The notes beneath the pieces are model-generated. The model saw nothing but the letters and a program-made list of their open reading frames with translations, had not been told where the DNA came from and ran no database searches. The translations under genes and the position numbers were made by a program. DNA of 64,000 nucleotides, taken from contig OZ024740.1 in the NCBI GenBank assembly GCA_964016885.1, forward strand, positions 398,040,001-398,104,000, written 5' to 3'. Source of the stretch: Eledone cirrhosa (Eukaryota). Of the stretch, positions 63,435 to 64,000 are shown piece after piece. Positions within the stretch are counted from its first letter, which is position 1. Each line of letters begins with the position of its first letter.

Positions 63435-64000
63435 TATATATATATTTATTTAGTTCCTTTAACGGTTTCGCAGTTCTTCTGCTTTTCAAAAGTAGAGTTG
63501 AGATGGAGGGTCTGTGGTTTTTCTCACATCAGATGTGAGAAAAACTACAGACCCTCCATTGAATCTCAATACAGAAACGATTAAACCGTTCCATAAACTA
63601 AATGAGAACCTTAAACATGTAAATACGAGTTCTAACCATCCACTCTCTATAATTAAATCCATCCCTAGAAATGTTTCTCTTAGAATCTCCCGCCTGTCGT
63701 CCAACCAACAAACCTTCAAAGAACATGCCGAATATTATGATGATGCACTTAGGAAAGCCGGACACCTAGATAATATAGAGTATATAGTCGAAGATCACCA
63801 AAACACCCAAAATAAATGAGTAGAAATAGCACAGAATCACCACCATACATACACTACCGCAATAGACACAATAATAGTCGCACACCACCAAACAGAAGGC
63901 GATGTAAAGAGTATATTTGGTACAACCTGGTCTATAACAACTCTATTAAAACCAATCTACCCTCACAATTCTTTCGATTAGTTAAAAAAACACTTTCCAG
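63435..64000 (+). mobile_element. Penelope-like element RT C-terminal region with 5' inverted segments (runs off the window)
   Basis: LNLNTETIKPFHKLNENLKHVNTSSNHPLSIIKSIP..RISRLSS..YYDDALRKAGH and ..IWYN...KTN...FFRLVKKHF; palindrome 63497-63567; antisense hammerhead-like motif at 63455-63492. Confidence 0.8.

Overview
Repeat-saturated animal genomic DNA, not prokaryotic; the SINE, RTE, Dong/R4 and Penelope repertoire suggests an octopus or other cephalopod (inference). No recognisable host gene is present apart from one candidate terminal exon at ~52.2-52.6 kb. Main contents: (1) five co-oriented copies of a Tx1-clade non-LTR retrotransposon (three full-length, two 5'-truncated), sitting in or ending in (TATC)n. 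In the three full-length copies a perfect AG|GTAAGT splice donor overlaps the ORF1 stop, and in all five a pyrimidine tract plus AG acceptor-like site overlaps the ORF2 stop. (2) A full-length, decayed RTE LINE with three C-terminal C2H2 fingers and several non-autonomous 5'+3' derivatives in (TATG)n. (3) Many Penelope-like terminal remnants embedded in (TA)n, often as long near-perfect palindromes carrying hammerhead ribozyme cores; about a dozen cores were read by eye, including core variants. (4) tRNA-derived SINEs, MITEs, Helitron remnants, a candidate solo LTR, Dong/R4 fragments, minisatellites and microsatellites. Coordinates were read manually and may be off by a few bases; no database searches were run.
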